DNA from: Selaginella moellendorffii
Lineage: Eukaryota; Plantae; Lycopodiophyta
Direction of reading: 5' to 3'
DNA: 64,000 nt
Assembly: GCF_000143415.4 (NCBI RefSeq)
Contig: NW_003314264.1
Location: forward strand, 31,238 to 95,237
In this document: positions 13,457 to 27,599 of the stretch, piece by piece
Position numbering within the stretch: the stretch's first letter is position 1
Layout: each line of letters starts with the position of its first letter
The notes under the pieces: generated by a model
Seen by the model: the letters and a program-made list of their open reading frames with translations, nothing else
What the model was told of the DNA's origin: nothing
Databases searched by the model: none
Made by a program: the position numbers and the translations under genes

Positions 13457-15051
13457 TGTAGGCGACTAATTTTTCTATTCTACTTTAGTCACCTCACCAC
13501 ATCTCCGACCACTTGGAGGAGTCTCACTCACAACCTCCATAAGTCCTATTTCGGACTTGGGCTTCATAGCCCCAAAAATGGCATCCCTGCCACTCAACTT
13601 TTGCACTTAGTCCAAGTGCTCCACGTGTCCAATCCCATGACCAACACCCAAGGTACCACCAACATACCAGCCTATTACGCTAGGCCATGCCCATTCACCT
13701 TGGTCACATCGGTGGTCCAACACCACCTGCATTGCAACCCTGTCTCTCCAAGACTGGGCCTTCTATCCATGAGTGGTCATCCTAGATCCACTCCTTAGCA
13801 TCCTTAGGATGCCCGCAAACATGGGGATAGCTTTTTCCAATATCTCCTTTTCGGTCCTCACCAAGTCCCTTTCTGTCCATGGCTGTGTTTGCCAACATTG
13901 CCACTAAATCAAGGCCCACAGGCCCGACCACTGAGTCCCATAGTCCTTTGGGACTTCCTCACCGTGTGACTATGTCCTTGGTCACTACACCAAAGGGCTA
14001 CTCTTCTTCCTTTCCATAGTCTGAGACTTTGGGACAACATTTCGAAACACCGTGGCCCTACATGGGCCTCCTGGGTACTCTCCCTGCCTTCTGCCTTTGG
14101 GTGCTCTAGCCATGGGCTTAGAGCGAGGTTCCATTGAGCCACGCCTAGTATCCAAGTAGGTAGTGCCACCCACACTTGGATTGGGAGCATCGGCCAGTCG
14201 ATCTCTCGGGGGAACTAGAGCCAGCTCTTGAACACTTCACCAAGCTACCCTGCTTATCGGTTCGTACACTCTAGTCTTGGACTTCCCAATGGATATCCCA
14301 TCACCCAACACTTGGGCACGGCCTTCCTGGGCCAAACTGGCCTTTCTTGGCCAAACTGGCTCTACTGGAGTCCTCCCCCTACTATACTTTTGGAGCTCAC
14401 CAAACCCCCTAGGGTCTGGGAGACGAACACTTTGGGCTTTCACCCTCTCAGACTCGAACTCAGACTCGGACTCAGACTCGGACTCAGACTCGGACTTGGA
14501 CTCGGACTCAGTCTCAGTCTCGGTCCCGGTCTCGGTCTCAGTCTTAGTCCTAGTCTCGGTCTCGATCTCAACGTCAAACTCCGTCTCGGGTCCTTCTCGG
14601 GCTCCATCTCGGCTCGGGTCCATCTCGGACTCCATCTCGGGTCCATCTCAAACTCCATCTCAGGTCCATCTCGGACTCCATCTTAGGTCCATCTTGGACT
14701 CCATCTCAGTCCATCTCGGACTCCATCTCGGGTCGATCTCGGACTCCATCTCGGGTTCATCTTGGGTCCATCTCGGACTCCATCTGGGGTCCATCTCGGA
14801 CTCCATCTCGGATCCATCTCGAACTCCATCTCGGGTCCATCTCGGGTCCATCTCGTGTCCCTTTTCTAGAGACTCTTTTATTACTCACTCCACGCTTGTT
14901 CCTTGAGCACTTCATTGGGAGTTCCACTCCCGCTTTTGACCTTTCAAGTCTAAGCTTTTGGTCCAAACGTGTTATGCTCGTTTGGCTTTCGCTTCAGACA
15001 CTACCACATGGCACCGGCTCCACTTTGGGGCCTAGGGATTTTTGTCTCACA
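13457..15051 (-). mobile_element. Family B LTR with adjacent PBS (13445-13453)
   Basis: TG...CA ends, minus-strand TGGTATCGG next to the LTR end, collinear with other B LTRs. Confidence 0.85.
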
Positions 15052-17135
15052 GTTAGTACTTGTACTATAGCTTTGTGTATTAGGAGGTTGTCATGGTCTT
15101 CATTTTAGTCTCTACTGAGTGTTGATCATGCATAACTAACCTCTTCAAAACATGCTCAAAGCTGTTGGCTAAAGTGAGGTAGTGAGCTTATGGTTATTAA
15201 TGAGCTTATTGTTGTACCATTGGATTTGAGTGGTCATTTAGTCTATATTTGTCCATGTTCCTATATCTTGTACTTAGGGTATTACCTTTATATTAGACAA
15301 GTATATAACTTGATAACATGAGTTTAATGTTTGGGTTTTGTGAAGGCAAGTTGAAGAGTGATTATTAGTTTTTTCTCCACTAGTGATTGCTTGTAGACTT
15401 TATCAAGAACTTTTAACACTTGCTTCACTTGATGAAGATTTATCAGTGATGGGCTTTCTTTAACGGATGGTGTTACGGAGGATCATATCATTAACTTATA
15501 TAGTTTTTCATGTTGACGTGTTAACTCTATTTTTGTCAATATCATTTGGTTACATTTAGTCTGTAGTGTTGAATTATATTGAGTCTTGGATGTGGTGAAT
15601 CACTCTTTGATGATGTAACTGAGATTTGCTAAAGGTTTAGTCTTATATACTAAGTAAGGTATCTTAAACTTTGGTTAGCTTGGTTGCTAAAGAATTTTGG
15701 GTCATGATTCACTCTAGCTTTCTATTAGTTTTGTTCTAGTGTTGATAATAATGAAGTGATACCTTGTCATGTACATTATTGATATTGAAATTAGAGTGAG
15801 ATGAGATGTCTCTCCATAGAATTAATATTGAGTTTTATTAATCTCAATGCAAATAGTATTAATGATTTAGTAGCATCCATGCATTTGCTAGTTAGCAATT
15901 ATATTAACGTTTAAACGAACTGAGTGGCAAGTTTGAGTTAGCAATATTCTAAACAAGATTATTTAGTAGGGGTTAAACTTTGAGCTTTTCCTTGAAAAGT
16001 GTTTCAGTCGTGGACTATGCTAATTTTACAAGAGGAAGAGCTAGTGATCAATATTGAAGATGTTGGTACTTTGTTAGATTTGAGTTAGGATATATTGATC
16101 ATTGATGAATCTTTTTACACTTATTATAAAGTGAGTTATGTCTTATTATGCATAAATGGATTCATAAAGAATCAGTTTGGTGGTTACTTGTTGAGTATAA
16201 CTTTGTTGTGCTTGGCTTTTAGATTAATGTAGAAATGCTCTACATTAGCTCTGACATTATAAAGTTTAGCTTCCGGATATGTTGAGAAGGATATTATGGG
16301 TTGTATCATGATTTCTTCTTTAGTATTAAAGTTGGTTTATGCGAGACTCATAATCATTATTAAGTAAGACTTAGCTATATGCTTTTTCAAGATTTTAGTT
16401 TTTTGAGTTTTATACTTATTGTTTTATTTGTGAGAAGTTGTTGGGGAAGGCATTTTTGTTAGGTGCCAGCTTTAGCCACGTGGTTAACATCGGTCAAAGG
16501 GAATCTCAAGGGTATATTAAAGCATGCTAGGCCAAGGAACTCAACCTACCCTAAGGCTCACAGTGAAGCGGTGGCACAATGGAGCTTTTGAAGTAGCTCG
16601 GGGCTGATTGGGCAGTGAGGAACCTCAAGAGGAGGCATAGCGTAGTATAAGAAGACTAGATATCTTTTTTTTGCGCCAGATCATAACATTGGTATTAGAA
16701 GAGTTAGTTGTGATAGCTGACTAAGCTGAATGCTAGAATTCTATTGTCGATGGTGGTGCCAAAGATAATGTTGATGGAGCTATAGAGATTTAGACCATTC
16801 AAGATGTTATTTATGAGTTGCGAGCCCTTAATCAAAATTAGCAAGAGATGCAAGATGAGATACATGGCATGATGGATACTATGCATAGGCATGTTGAGGC
16901 ACTCGAGGCTAGATGTGGTAGTGCTCCAAGTAAGCCTTCCTTGGTAGATTGTGTTTTTTCATTTTTTACTTTAGCTTGTTTTGATTATTTGACTATCTTT
17001 GCCTTTTTTCCCCCTTTTTCTTTCTTCTTGCTGATTGTCGTGAATGTGACTTCGGGTATCGAAAGATACTTGTCGGCCAGTCCTTATGGGCACTCTTTCT
17101 TTACTACCACAACAGCAGGAGGTCAGTACTACTGG

Positions 17136-17623
17136 TTGGGTGGTGCCGGAGGGGCCACCCAAGGAAGTGCTCAAGAGCAACTCCCACTCCCGGAAGGGAA
17201 ACCAACTGTGGTGCTCTCGGCTCATGTGGAGTGGTGCCCCACTTGAGTACCTTGTGGCTCATTGGTCCTTACCCTCCCTAGGGGCTTGGGCCTTCCCTTT
17301 GGGATGGAAGTGGGGGGGGTAGAGGTACCCATACCAGGCTGTTAGGCCATGGTGTTTCCCCCCTGGTGTCCCAAAGCAAGTGTTGCACCCAAGGCTTTGG
17401 ATTTAAAGGGTCCCATGATCAAGCCTTATTATACCAAGGGATGTTAGGAACCTGGAGGCTTAGTGTGTTTGGTTGCTTGTGCTTGCGGGGAGTGTAGCTG
17501 AACCTTAAGTCCAGTCTAACCGGAGGAAGGGGATTGGGAGAGATTTGGGAATTCGTGGATGGATGGCTAACACTCTGTTGCTCGTGTAGTGAGTAGCTGA
17601 AACTAAGTAGAACCAAGTAGGAG
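17136..17623 (+). mobile_element. Family A LTR fragment (R/U5 side)
   Basis: Collinear with ~55213-55687. Confidence 0.85.
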
Positions 17624-20600
17624 ATGGGGAAGTGGAGCTTGCACAATATGTGCAATAAAAGGTGTTGGAGACACTTAGAAAATTGACTTCAAGAAATCAA
17701 GATTAAATGTTCCAAAGAGGAATGGTTATATCAATAGAGGTTGAAACTACTCAAGAATGAGTAGTGGGATTAAGATAGAGAAGTTGTCTTTAACGGGTTT
17801 AGCAAGAACTAAACCAATAATAGGGAAAGAACCACCTTAGATGGTCAAATGAGTCTCTATATTGGAAAGATTATGCTGCTTAGAGGATGGTCAAGGTATG
17901 GTGAGCCTTTGGAGTCAAACCATTGATGAATATTTGCTGGGTGCTAAGGATGGAAAGGGTAATACATGTTGGTATTACTTTATAAAATGGTTTACCGTTT
18001 GATAAGGACATCAAACTTCATCTATAGGTGGTGAAGTTGTGAGACATAAAATCCCTAGGCCCTAAAGAAGAGCCGAAAGGGTGCATATGGTAGTGGTTAA
18101 GGTGGAAGCCAAATGAGGGTAACACATTTGGACTAAAAGCGCCAACTCGAAAGGTCGAGAGCAGAAGTGGAACTCCTAACAAAGTGCTCAAACAACAACC
18201 ATGAAGCAAACAGTAAGCGAGTCTCTAAAAAAGGGACACAAGAGGACCAACACATGACATGTGGAAGAGTCCGAGACAGAGTCCAAGATAGATTCCGAGA
18301 TGGACCCAAGATGGAGTCCGAGATGGAGTCCAAGAGCGAGATCGAGACTGAGACCGAAACCAAGGCTGAGACTGAGATCAAGACCGAGTCCGAGTTCGAG
18401 TTCAAAACTGAGACCGAGACTGAGTCCGAGTCTGAGTCTGAGTCTGAATACTATAACAAACTGTTGGGTGAAAGCCCAAAGCGATCATCCCCCGGGGGCT
18501 AGGGATTTCAAAAGTATAGTAGGGAGAGTGTGGGGTAGTGGAGCTAGTTTGGCTAGGAAAGGCTAGTGTGACTTAAGAAGGCTATATCCAAGTGTTGGGT
18601 GAGGATATATCTACTGAGGAGTCCAAGGCTAGAGTGAATAGGAATTGACAAATGGGGTAGTTTGGAGAAGTGTTCAAAAGTCGGCTCTAGTTCCCCTGAG
18701 AGATCGAATGGTCGATGCTCCCAGTCTAAGCGTGAGTGGCACTACTTACTTGGATACCTTGCATGGCTCAACAGAACCTCAATCTAAGCCCATGGCTAGA
18801 GCACCCAAAGGCGGAAGGTGGGGAGTGTACCCATGAGGCTCGCATAGGGCCACGATGTTCCGAAATATTGTCCTAGAGTCCCGGATGGTGGAAAGGAAGA
18901 GGAGCAGTTGTCTAGTGTAGTGACCAAGGATGTGGTCATATGGTGAGAAAGTCTCAAAGAACAAGGGGACTTAGTGGTTAGGCTTGTGAGCCTTGATCTA
19001 GTGGTAGTGTTGGCAAAGACAGCCATGGACAAAAAGGGACTTGGTGGGGATTGAAAAAGGGATATTGGGGAAGGCTATTCTTTATATTTGTGGGCATCCT
19101 AAGAATGCTAAAGAGTGGATCTGGGATGACCACTCATGGATAAATGGCCCAATCTTGGAGAGATAGGATTGTGATGTAGGTGGTGTTAGATCACCAGTGT
19201 AACAAAGGTGAATAAACATGGCCTTAATGTAATGGATTGATATGTCGGTGGTACCTTTAGGTGTCATTTATGGGATCAGACACGTGGAGCACTTGGACCA
19301 AGTGCAAAGGTTGAGTGGTATGGATGTTATTCTCGGGGCTAGCAAGCCCTAAGTCTTGAATTAGACATATGAAAGTTGTGAATAAGACTCCTTCAAGTGG
19401 TCAGAGGTGTGGTTAAATGATTAAAGTAGAATGGAAAAATTAGTCACCTACAGATTAGTTTATTTGTTCAAGTAGTTATTGTCATGCTCTTTATACTTCT
19501 CTTAGATTGGACTAAAGGCAATGCTAATGAGGTTTAGTCAAGTTGAGACTGAAAAAAGAGTTATTAAAGATGAAAGATCAAATACATAAATCATCATCTC
19601 TTCTTTGAAAGATGATTTGCAATGAAATATGATCTTATTACTCATGTTCACATCATGCAATTGTCTCTATTTCAATATGTTAGGTATGATGGTCTTACAA
19701 ATGGTGAGTCATAGAGTGAATAGCAATGAAGCATTAAACTATTTTGTTTAGGCTTGCTATTGGAAACTTAAGTTATAATGCTTAATTCTTTTCTGAGAAA
19801 CTTTATTATTACTCCTTGAGTAGATTAATGTTATATTAGTTTTGAGTTTAGTAAAAAAAAGAGTGGTATGGGCTTGTGTGTCTTGTGAACAAAAGTTAGT
19901 AGTGTTAGGTGTTGTAAATCTTTATTGGTGGGGTGTGGTATTTATGTTGTATTGTAGTATTGCTTGATTGATAATCAAGTCATTATGATACTGAAATCAT
20001 ATCCATGTGGCCGTGAGTAATGTGTTTATGAAATTGTTTGGTTAAACAATGATCAACCCCAAAGTGGTTGACAATGATACTAATCTACTTGTAAGAAATA
20101 ACATTGTAGTAACTTTGACTAAGACCAAGACTGAACTCATGTCCAAATCCAAAGTCCAAGTCCAAGTCTGAGTTCAAGTCCGAGGGTGAAAGCCTAAAGC
20201 ATTTGTCTCCCAGACCCTGGGGGGTAAGCTCCAAAAGTATAGTAGGAGGAGGACTCTAGTGGAGCCAGTTTCGCCAAGAAAGGCTAGGATGACCAAGGAA
20301 GATTATACCTTATATAATTTTATTGTACAAAGATGGTATATAGTATATACAATAGAAAATATACTATAAAGTTAAAAGTACATAAAGTAAGTACTATAGA
20401 AAATTATATATTTCTTAAATTAAAAAGAAGAGTTGAATAGCCCTAACTATTTTATATTATAAATTAGTTTTAGTTTTAACAATAATCTTATGATACTTAT
20501 TACACATTCATCAATGAATCTAATCACATTGAGTTGTTGGTTAGCACAGATATAGTCTAATATTTATGAAATATCATAAAGTTATAATACTATTTTTAAG

Positions 20601-22799
20601 ACTTTATACATTGATACATGGAAAACATATAAATAAATTAAATGACATACAGGGAAAAATATGATTGAGAACACATTAGACACAATACAAAAGGCTAAAA
20701 CCTAAAAAATGTCATTTCTCATCACTTAAAATTTTACTATTATTAAATCAATTTATGGACCATTATTAAATTTTATATTATGTTATGGTTTAGTAAAAAA
20801 AATTATGCATCATCAATATCCTAATATCAGAGTAAAACCTTACCTTTCACTAAAATTTTTTAACATCAATAACATTGTTATAATGCCATAAATTTAAATA
20901 AAAACACAGAGATAATAATTTTAATTCATATAAGCATTTTCTCTATATAAAAATATATACAGAAATAATGTTAATGATATGTAATATAATACTTTAACTT
21001 TTAATTAGTACTGACTCCATAACAATGTTTATATTTTTAATTTATAAGATGTATTTAATTTATCTTTATATTTTTAACATTATTATATTTTAGTGTACTT
21101 ACAGTAAACCTTTATTAAGAGGAAATATTGTAGTATTGAATGAATCATCAAGTAATAATAATTGTTTTATCAATTATATAGATTTCAAGTTAAAGAAAAA
21201 ATTAACTACCAAACGTCAAACTCTAAATAACTCATCTGGCCATAGGATTGCATAGTGAACAATTCCATTTATAGAAGATCTAAGACTTCACTGAACAGTC
21301 AGATTTTTAAATGTGATATAATGTTATGAGTTATATTTATTATGCTATAATGTGTGTTGATGATAAAGTCAAATATAGAAGGGATTTTTAATATAAATAT
21401 TATCATCATCATACTATTCTACTCAGTAAATTGTTGGAAGAACATCTGGGCAATCTCAAGGGACTATAAGGTTGTTTTAGTGATCCAGATTAATGGCATT
21501 GAAGCCAAAGTGATAGATGTTTTTAATCTTAGCATGCTTTTTATTGATAATCCAAAAACAATCAATGTGCAGGTTAATGTAATTACAACAATTCCAAAAG
21601 GTCAAGAATGAAATTTAAGTCTGGAGAAAATCAGTTTCTTTTTATAAAGAAATTGTAAGACAACTATAAAAGTTATATGACATTTCTAATTCTGCCACCA
21701 CTAGCATTAGTGTTGTCAATGCTCCCACTGGATGTTTGGTCTAACACATACTTTATACAATAGTCGTTGATAACTAATAGATATTCTTATGTGAGTTTTT
21801 AACTAAGGTTCACTTAGGAACACATGGGAACTTACTTGTCATGTCAAGAAAATAAATTGTCATATGTAAATGCTACTTATATGTCCATATCTCCATCTAA
21901 TATTTCATATTGCATTTCAAAAGTTAATTATACTTTTTTGGATGATGACAATCCTAGGTTAGCAGTCTTGCCCAGACTGCTAAAGGTGCTAAATATCTCT
22001 TATGTGTGTTTTTATATTTATGTATGTTATGATTAATATGAACTTTTCAAACATAATGAACTTTTCAAAAATACTAAATAACAAAAATGTACACGACACT
22101 CCCAGCACTTTTGCTAGTGCTCCCTTATTTCAAAGTGCTATTGGCATATGGCATCTGGCATCTTTTATTCCATTTTAAGAATATTACTTGTGCAAATATT
22201 TATAATCTGAAGGTTGATATTTAAAGGCTTTAAGACAACAGCCTAGATTTAAACACATGCTTCAATTTTTTATTTGTGACTCTTAGGGCAATGGAATAAT
22301 GAGATTACTCTCTCTCTCTCTCTCTCTCTTGGGAAAGCAAACAGAAAGGACTGTTGCTTTGGGTAATATTTGCAGAGAAAGCTGGTTGGAGGCTGGTGCG
22401 AAGCATGCCTACGTGGTAGGGACTTCATCCATGGCAGATTATGCACGAATATTGCTGGAAAACATGCATTATCTCAGTAAGTGTTCCAGGTTTATCAACC
22501 TTAAACTCACGACACAGTGTCCATGTAATTCACAGTAAAGTGGATATGTAAAACTTCTGGAAAAAGCAGTTGTTCTTATTTCAGATCCCATGAGTGAGCT
22601 TTTGGGGATGCTTATACGTTTTACAGTCAATATAAGGAACAATATATACTGCTACCTTTCTATGAAAAACTCTTTCAGTACCCTGGAAATTCAGAGAGAG
22701 AGATGAAGAAAATACCTTCTTCAACATCATTTACTGGAGGACTTGTGGTTAATGTGTCTTTCAGCATCTTTCTATTGTTTTTCTTGGTGCCTTTGAAGT

Positions 22800-23115
22800 T
22801 TCAATGCCCTACACCATGGATAGCATCCTTTTCACTCCTGGCAGACCACAACCATCGTCATCACCACAGACCAGCTGTGCGCATGCTACTTCATGTCTGC
22901 GGTGCCATACAAGTCCATGCATCCCCTACATCACCACCACCACCGTGCTCAAGTATATCACCTGCAGCATGAAATCCTCCACATTTGCGATGCCCGAGAC
23001 TCCAATCCAGCCCTTCTTCAATGACACAAGAAACGCAACTAGATTCTCCAGGAGCTTGCAGAGCCTGGCATCTTTGCAGCACAAGATCAACATCCTGCAA
23101 AGCATGGACATGGAG
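22800..23115 (+). pseudogene. Laccase central-domain fragment
   Basis: Frameshifted PYTMDSIL, TPGQTTTIVITTDQ, YFMSAVPY and FNDTRNATRFSRSLQSLAS, typical of plant laccases. Confidence 0.75.
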
Positions 23116-23123
23116 TGACAAGC

Positions 23124-23642
23124 ATGATCTTGAGTGCTTGCCTTGCAGTTGTGATCATCTCTTTCCTTGCTTCCTGGAGCTATAATCTGGTGGCTGTTCA
23201 AATGAAACAACCAAAGTCTATGACTTCTAGGTCAGTCTGCTTAAATATGCATCCAAATTGCCACCACCCAGGTTGTAAGCTCAATGGTGAGGAGGCTTGG
23301 AAGAACAAAGAACATTATCATTGTCAATGGTGAGCTCCCAGGACCAACGATCTGTGCCAACGACAATGATAGGCTTCTCATCACAGTAACGAACACTGAC
23401 AAGATGCCGATTCATTGGTGATGACCAGTCTCAAAAGTTCTAAAACATTCTGTGATCTAATTCTCTATCACAGTATGGAATCTGGCAATTTAGGAATCCC
23501 TGGTTTGATGGCCCAGCTATGTCATGCAGTGTCCTCTTAAGTGAAGCTAATCGTTCCTCTACAACTTCACCATGGATTCACACATGTGAACTCTCTTCTG
23601 GCATGCACACATCGTGGGGCTTTGAGCTACTGTCTATGGAAT
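23124..23642 (+). pseudogene. Laccase (multicopper oxidase) N-terminal exons
   Basis: Signal peptide; VNGELPGPTI...IHW, intron 23418-23473, YGIWQFRNPWFDGPA..QCP; TLFWHAH..ATVYG copper motifs; stops and frameshifts. Confidence 0.85.
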
Positions 23643-24729
23643 GAATGCAATGAAGGGCATTGTGGATCCCAGGGACCGCTTCAGTTGCAACGGAATCCTT
23701 TGGCCTTGGAGACTCACACTTTGACTTGGCTGTGGAAAGTTTTGGTGACAGCATAGGTAGTGTAGCAAAACTGGTCTGCAACTCTGAGCTATATGCCTTA
23801 TTTTGCAACTGCTGTAGCTCTGAGTCTTTTGCCACTGAGGGTTCCTACATGGAACCAATTGGTAAACCAAACTATAAATATGTTCTGCTTCATATGACAA
23901 GACGAGTAAGGAAGAAATTTTTACCTATCTAGGTATCCTACACCGCATGAAACACCTTCACTTCACTCCATGTCTAGAAAAAGACCGTTGGTATCAGTAT
24001 TCATGCTAATGCCACCACCCTGGCACATCAGTGCATAATATAGAGATGTCCTGTTGTGCCACTTGATTAATAACATAAACAAAAAACTATGTGATTTACC
24101 TATGTAATGGAAAACTGCTGTATTACATACGAAAGAATGCACACACATATGAGAGAACACGCTAAACACAATCGAGAATATGGAAGAACACTCAGGAGTA
24201 CGAATGAACATTGTCAAAAGCTGGGGATTGACTCCGATAACATCAAAGACTTTTGAGAAGAGAGTTTATTTGACAAATTTCTTTGTCCCTTGAGTTAAAG
24301 GTCTTCCAATTGTGAGGCCAATCAACAAGCCAAAAGATCAAATAAACTTCTTTCAAAGTCAAGATTGTAGCACATTATAAAACAATGAACACCAGGTAAT
24401 GTGAAATGAACTATGAGCTACTATGAGACCCATTTGTCTTTTTGGAAAGGTTTTATTGAATCTGAAGCATGTGCTGAGTGTCACAAAATAGGTTATTGAA
24501 AATACCACCCTTGAAACTCAGATAAAAATAAAATTACATTATACTATACAATGTTATTTGGCTAGGAATTTACGTGCTAGACAATGCCACCAATAGTATG
24601 TTATGTTACGCATTTGCAGCATTTTGCATTCTCTTTGTTTGTGCACCATTTTCAAATTTATAGCCTTTTGCATTCTCTAGATCTGTTTTATAGAAGAGGA
24701 TGCACTGCTAGAGGCATCAGTCCCTGTCA

Positions 24730-26855
24730 GATCTTAAGAATAAGATTCCCAGAGTATAAAAGACATTACTGTAGTCATAAAGTGTATATTAAAAATAATA
24801 AAATTCAATAGTTTTGATGTTCCTTATAGTAAGTATCTTTTGCATAAATATAAAACTCATATTAATGTAAAAGTTCACTCAACTGACACAAGTGTGAAGT
24901 ATATTTTTAAATACATATACAAAGGTCATTATTGTGCAAAGATACACTTTCACTAAAAAGGAAACACAAAATAAATGCATTAAAAAATTCCAATTATGTA
25001 TTGGCTGCTAAATGGATGTGGAGGTTATTTGGATATAATTTACATAGGAAATCATGTATATTGTATGATTGAGAGATTGCAATAAGTTTTAAACATTTAC
25101 ATAATTAGAAAAACATACAATATAATAATTACTGAGAAATTGTATAAACAATGGGATCATTACAAGATGATCAAGAATGGGATAAATGTCTCTCACATTT
25201 CAAATGCCTTCAAAAATTAGACATTTATTTAGAATAATGTGTCTCTTTTGCTAGGTTAATGATTTTAAAAATTTATGGATTAAATACAAAATAGATAAGT
25301 GTGAGGATTTAATATATAAATACAATGATGAGAACATGGCATATGCACATGCACTTCAAGAGTTTTCTCTTTTATTTGAAAATGTATTTTAGATTATGAT
25401 ATTACTATACCATGTACTACATATTTAGAAAATTAACAAAGGAAGTACTAACATATATGAGAATGAAATGTTTGAGTGCCAAGATATTGAAAGAAACAAG
25501 TTGTTACTGAATAAAGACTAGCGATATGTTTTAGACAATGTATGTAAAGCATTAATGAGCCACAAATATATTTTTGTTGATGGTGTAGGAGGAACAGGAA
25601 AGATATTTATATTCAACATATTAATAACTTATTCATGAGCACTTAGGAGGAAGACATTGTCTGTAACATGGATAGGAATAACAAGCATATTATTAATTGG
25701 TGGCCATATAGTATATTCTACATTTAAACTACTTGTACAAGTCACTAAAACATGTGTATCTGATTTAAGGGAATTCAAAGGAGACTGATGAAATTAGGAA
25801 AATAGATTTACTAGTTTGGGATGAAATAAGTATGTTTCTAGTACATGCATTTAATGGAGTAGAATATGTAATAAGTAATATTAAATTTTTTTCTAATAAA
25901 TTTGGTGGAATAACTGTTATAATTGGTGGTGATTTCAAACAAACATTACTTATGCTTAAAAGAGTGTGACAAGTTCAAATTTTATAAAATCGTGTCAAAT
26001 CCAATTTAATATAGTCATCTGTGATAAAATATACACTTACAAAAAATACATATGTTAACAAAGATGAAAAGGAGTGGTTAAAGTGGTTAATTAGGCTTGG
26101 AAATGGTGATTTACCAAGACTTGATGGATATGAAGATGATATAGTAGAGCTGCCAATAAAATGTACATCTAAAAGCTCCATGATAGATGCTATGTTTGGT
26201 AAAAAAGTGATAACTCACAAAAAAAAATTAACTATATTAAATGATCATTCATTAGATATAAATGAATAAGTTCTAATAAGGATGTCAAGAAAACTATTTT
26301 CTTTTAGAAGTGTGGATATAATTGATAGTGATTCTATTGAAGAGATGCTAGACTACCCATTGAAGAGATGCTTGACTACTCAGTAGAATATCTTAACTCC
26401 ATAACACCATTTAAGATGCCTTCACATAACTTAAATATATAAATTGGAAACATCGTGATGCTTTTATGAAATCTTGATGCAAGAAAGGGTTTATGCAATG
26501 GTACTAAGTTAATAATTACATAAGCATTACAAAATGTAAGAGAAGCAAAAATATTACATGGAAATACAGAAGGAACAAAGGTCTTACTAAGAATCATATT
26601 GAAACCTATAGATGGTGACATGCCATTTGTATTAAAAAGATGACAGTTTCCTTTAAGATTTGCATTCTCAATAGTGCCAAACTCTTCTTACTACATTCTA
26701 TTTTTGGACATGGGCAATTTTATGTTGCACTATCGCAATGTACCTCTAAAGAATGGATAGTGATATGTGTTAAGGAATGCAAGAATCAAGGTAAACTTAA
26801 CAAGAGACAACAAATTACATGTACAAAGAATATAGTCTACAAGGAAATATTGTAG
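24730..26855 (+). pseudogene. Decayed Helitron RepHel (Rep plus Pif1 helicase)
   Basis: SVKYIFKYIYKGH (~24890), FVDGVGGTGK Walker A (~25573), VWDEISM, FGGITVIIGGDFKQ, GLCNGTKL, FGHGQFYVALS, TKNIVYKEIL; many stops. Confidence 0.9.
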
Positions 26856-27312
26856 CTCTTTCAAAACTATACTATAAATTATTAAATGTGAACTTAAAAA
26901 TCATCATCCTTCTATATTTAAAAGAGTAAGGGCGACATATTCAATCGAGATTCTTTTCGAGCTTAATGGTGGAGATGAAGACACGTGGGAAAAACAGTTG
27001 AGAGTGGAATGCTTTACAAGTTTTAGGTTTTGTGTATTTTTTTGGAAGCGGAGCAACAGATTGAGGCTCACACTTGGATGAGCAGGAAATGAATTTTGGA
27101 CAAGTGATCAAATTTCTGCAGTAGTGTGGTGGTGAAGCACCTGAACATCAATTTCGAGAATTTCGATATGCACTGCACAGTACAGTAATATGGAGCATGA
27201 AGCATATTTCTGAACGTAGTCTGAAACTCTCAACCTCAATCTTCTTATGAAAGGTACTAAAACTGTCTGTCACATTGCAGGAAACAAGCTTGCATACTTT
27301 CAGAAGGTTTGT

Positions 27313-27430
27313 TCAGGACTCTCCAAGAATGAACGTTGTCTCTTGGTACTTCTCAATTTGCTCCACCAGAAACTTATCAACATCATTGCTCTCTACAAGA
27401 ACAAATTCTGCTTTCACCTGTAAGTCAAGT
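27313..27430 (-). pseudogene. Possible USP-like domain exon fragment (U-box kinase type)
   Basis: VKAEFVLVESNDVDKFLVEQIEKYQETTFILG resembles the USP-like domain of plant kinases; judged by eye. Confidence 0.4.
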
Positions 27431-27599
27431 GTTTCCTTTGAGTTTTCAGCAAGCCAATCGGACTTTGTAACGTCTCTAGACATTTTGCAGCTCCTGAGAG
27501 AAGTTCGCTGTCTGGCCTCCTTGGTTGCCATATATGCAAGTGTTTCCTTCAAAACTTGCGAGACAGGTATAAAATTTTAATTTATATTTTATTTTATTT

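Larger units (their letters stand above)
4658..19452 (+). mobile_element. Family B LTR element (LARD-like, no pol recognised) containing many nested insertions
   Basis: 5' LTR 4658-6426 (TGTGAGA...TTTACA), degenerate PBS ~6430-6440, PPT ATAGGTGGTGAAGT before the 3' LTR 18038-19452, TSD GATTA at 4653-4657 and 19453-19457. Confidence 0.85.
2870..20120 (+). mobile_element. Decayed LTR element, family D (LTR ~2870-3345, PBS 3348-3358); its internal region is split by nested insertions
   Basis: LTR ends ...GTGTTACA followed by TGGTATCAAAG (iMet-type PBS). Segments 3346-3639, 4502-4657 and 19453-20120 are collinear with the family D copy at 37394-38640. Left boundary approximate. Confidence 0.7.

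Noticed and set aside
14228-14966. Low-complexity ORFs (ESESES, LGLGLG, RPRP) here and in other LTRs
   Set aside because: These are translations of hexamer minisatellites that stay open in several frames
20320-22117. Second decayed Pif1/Helitron remnant ending at CTAG 22114-22117
   Set aside because: Only faint motif resemblance (QINGIEAKV, HGNLLVMSR) and no clear upstream hairpin; needs tBLASTn
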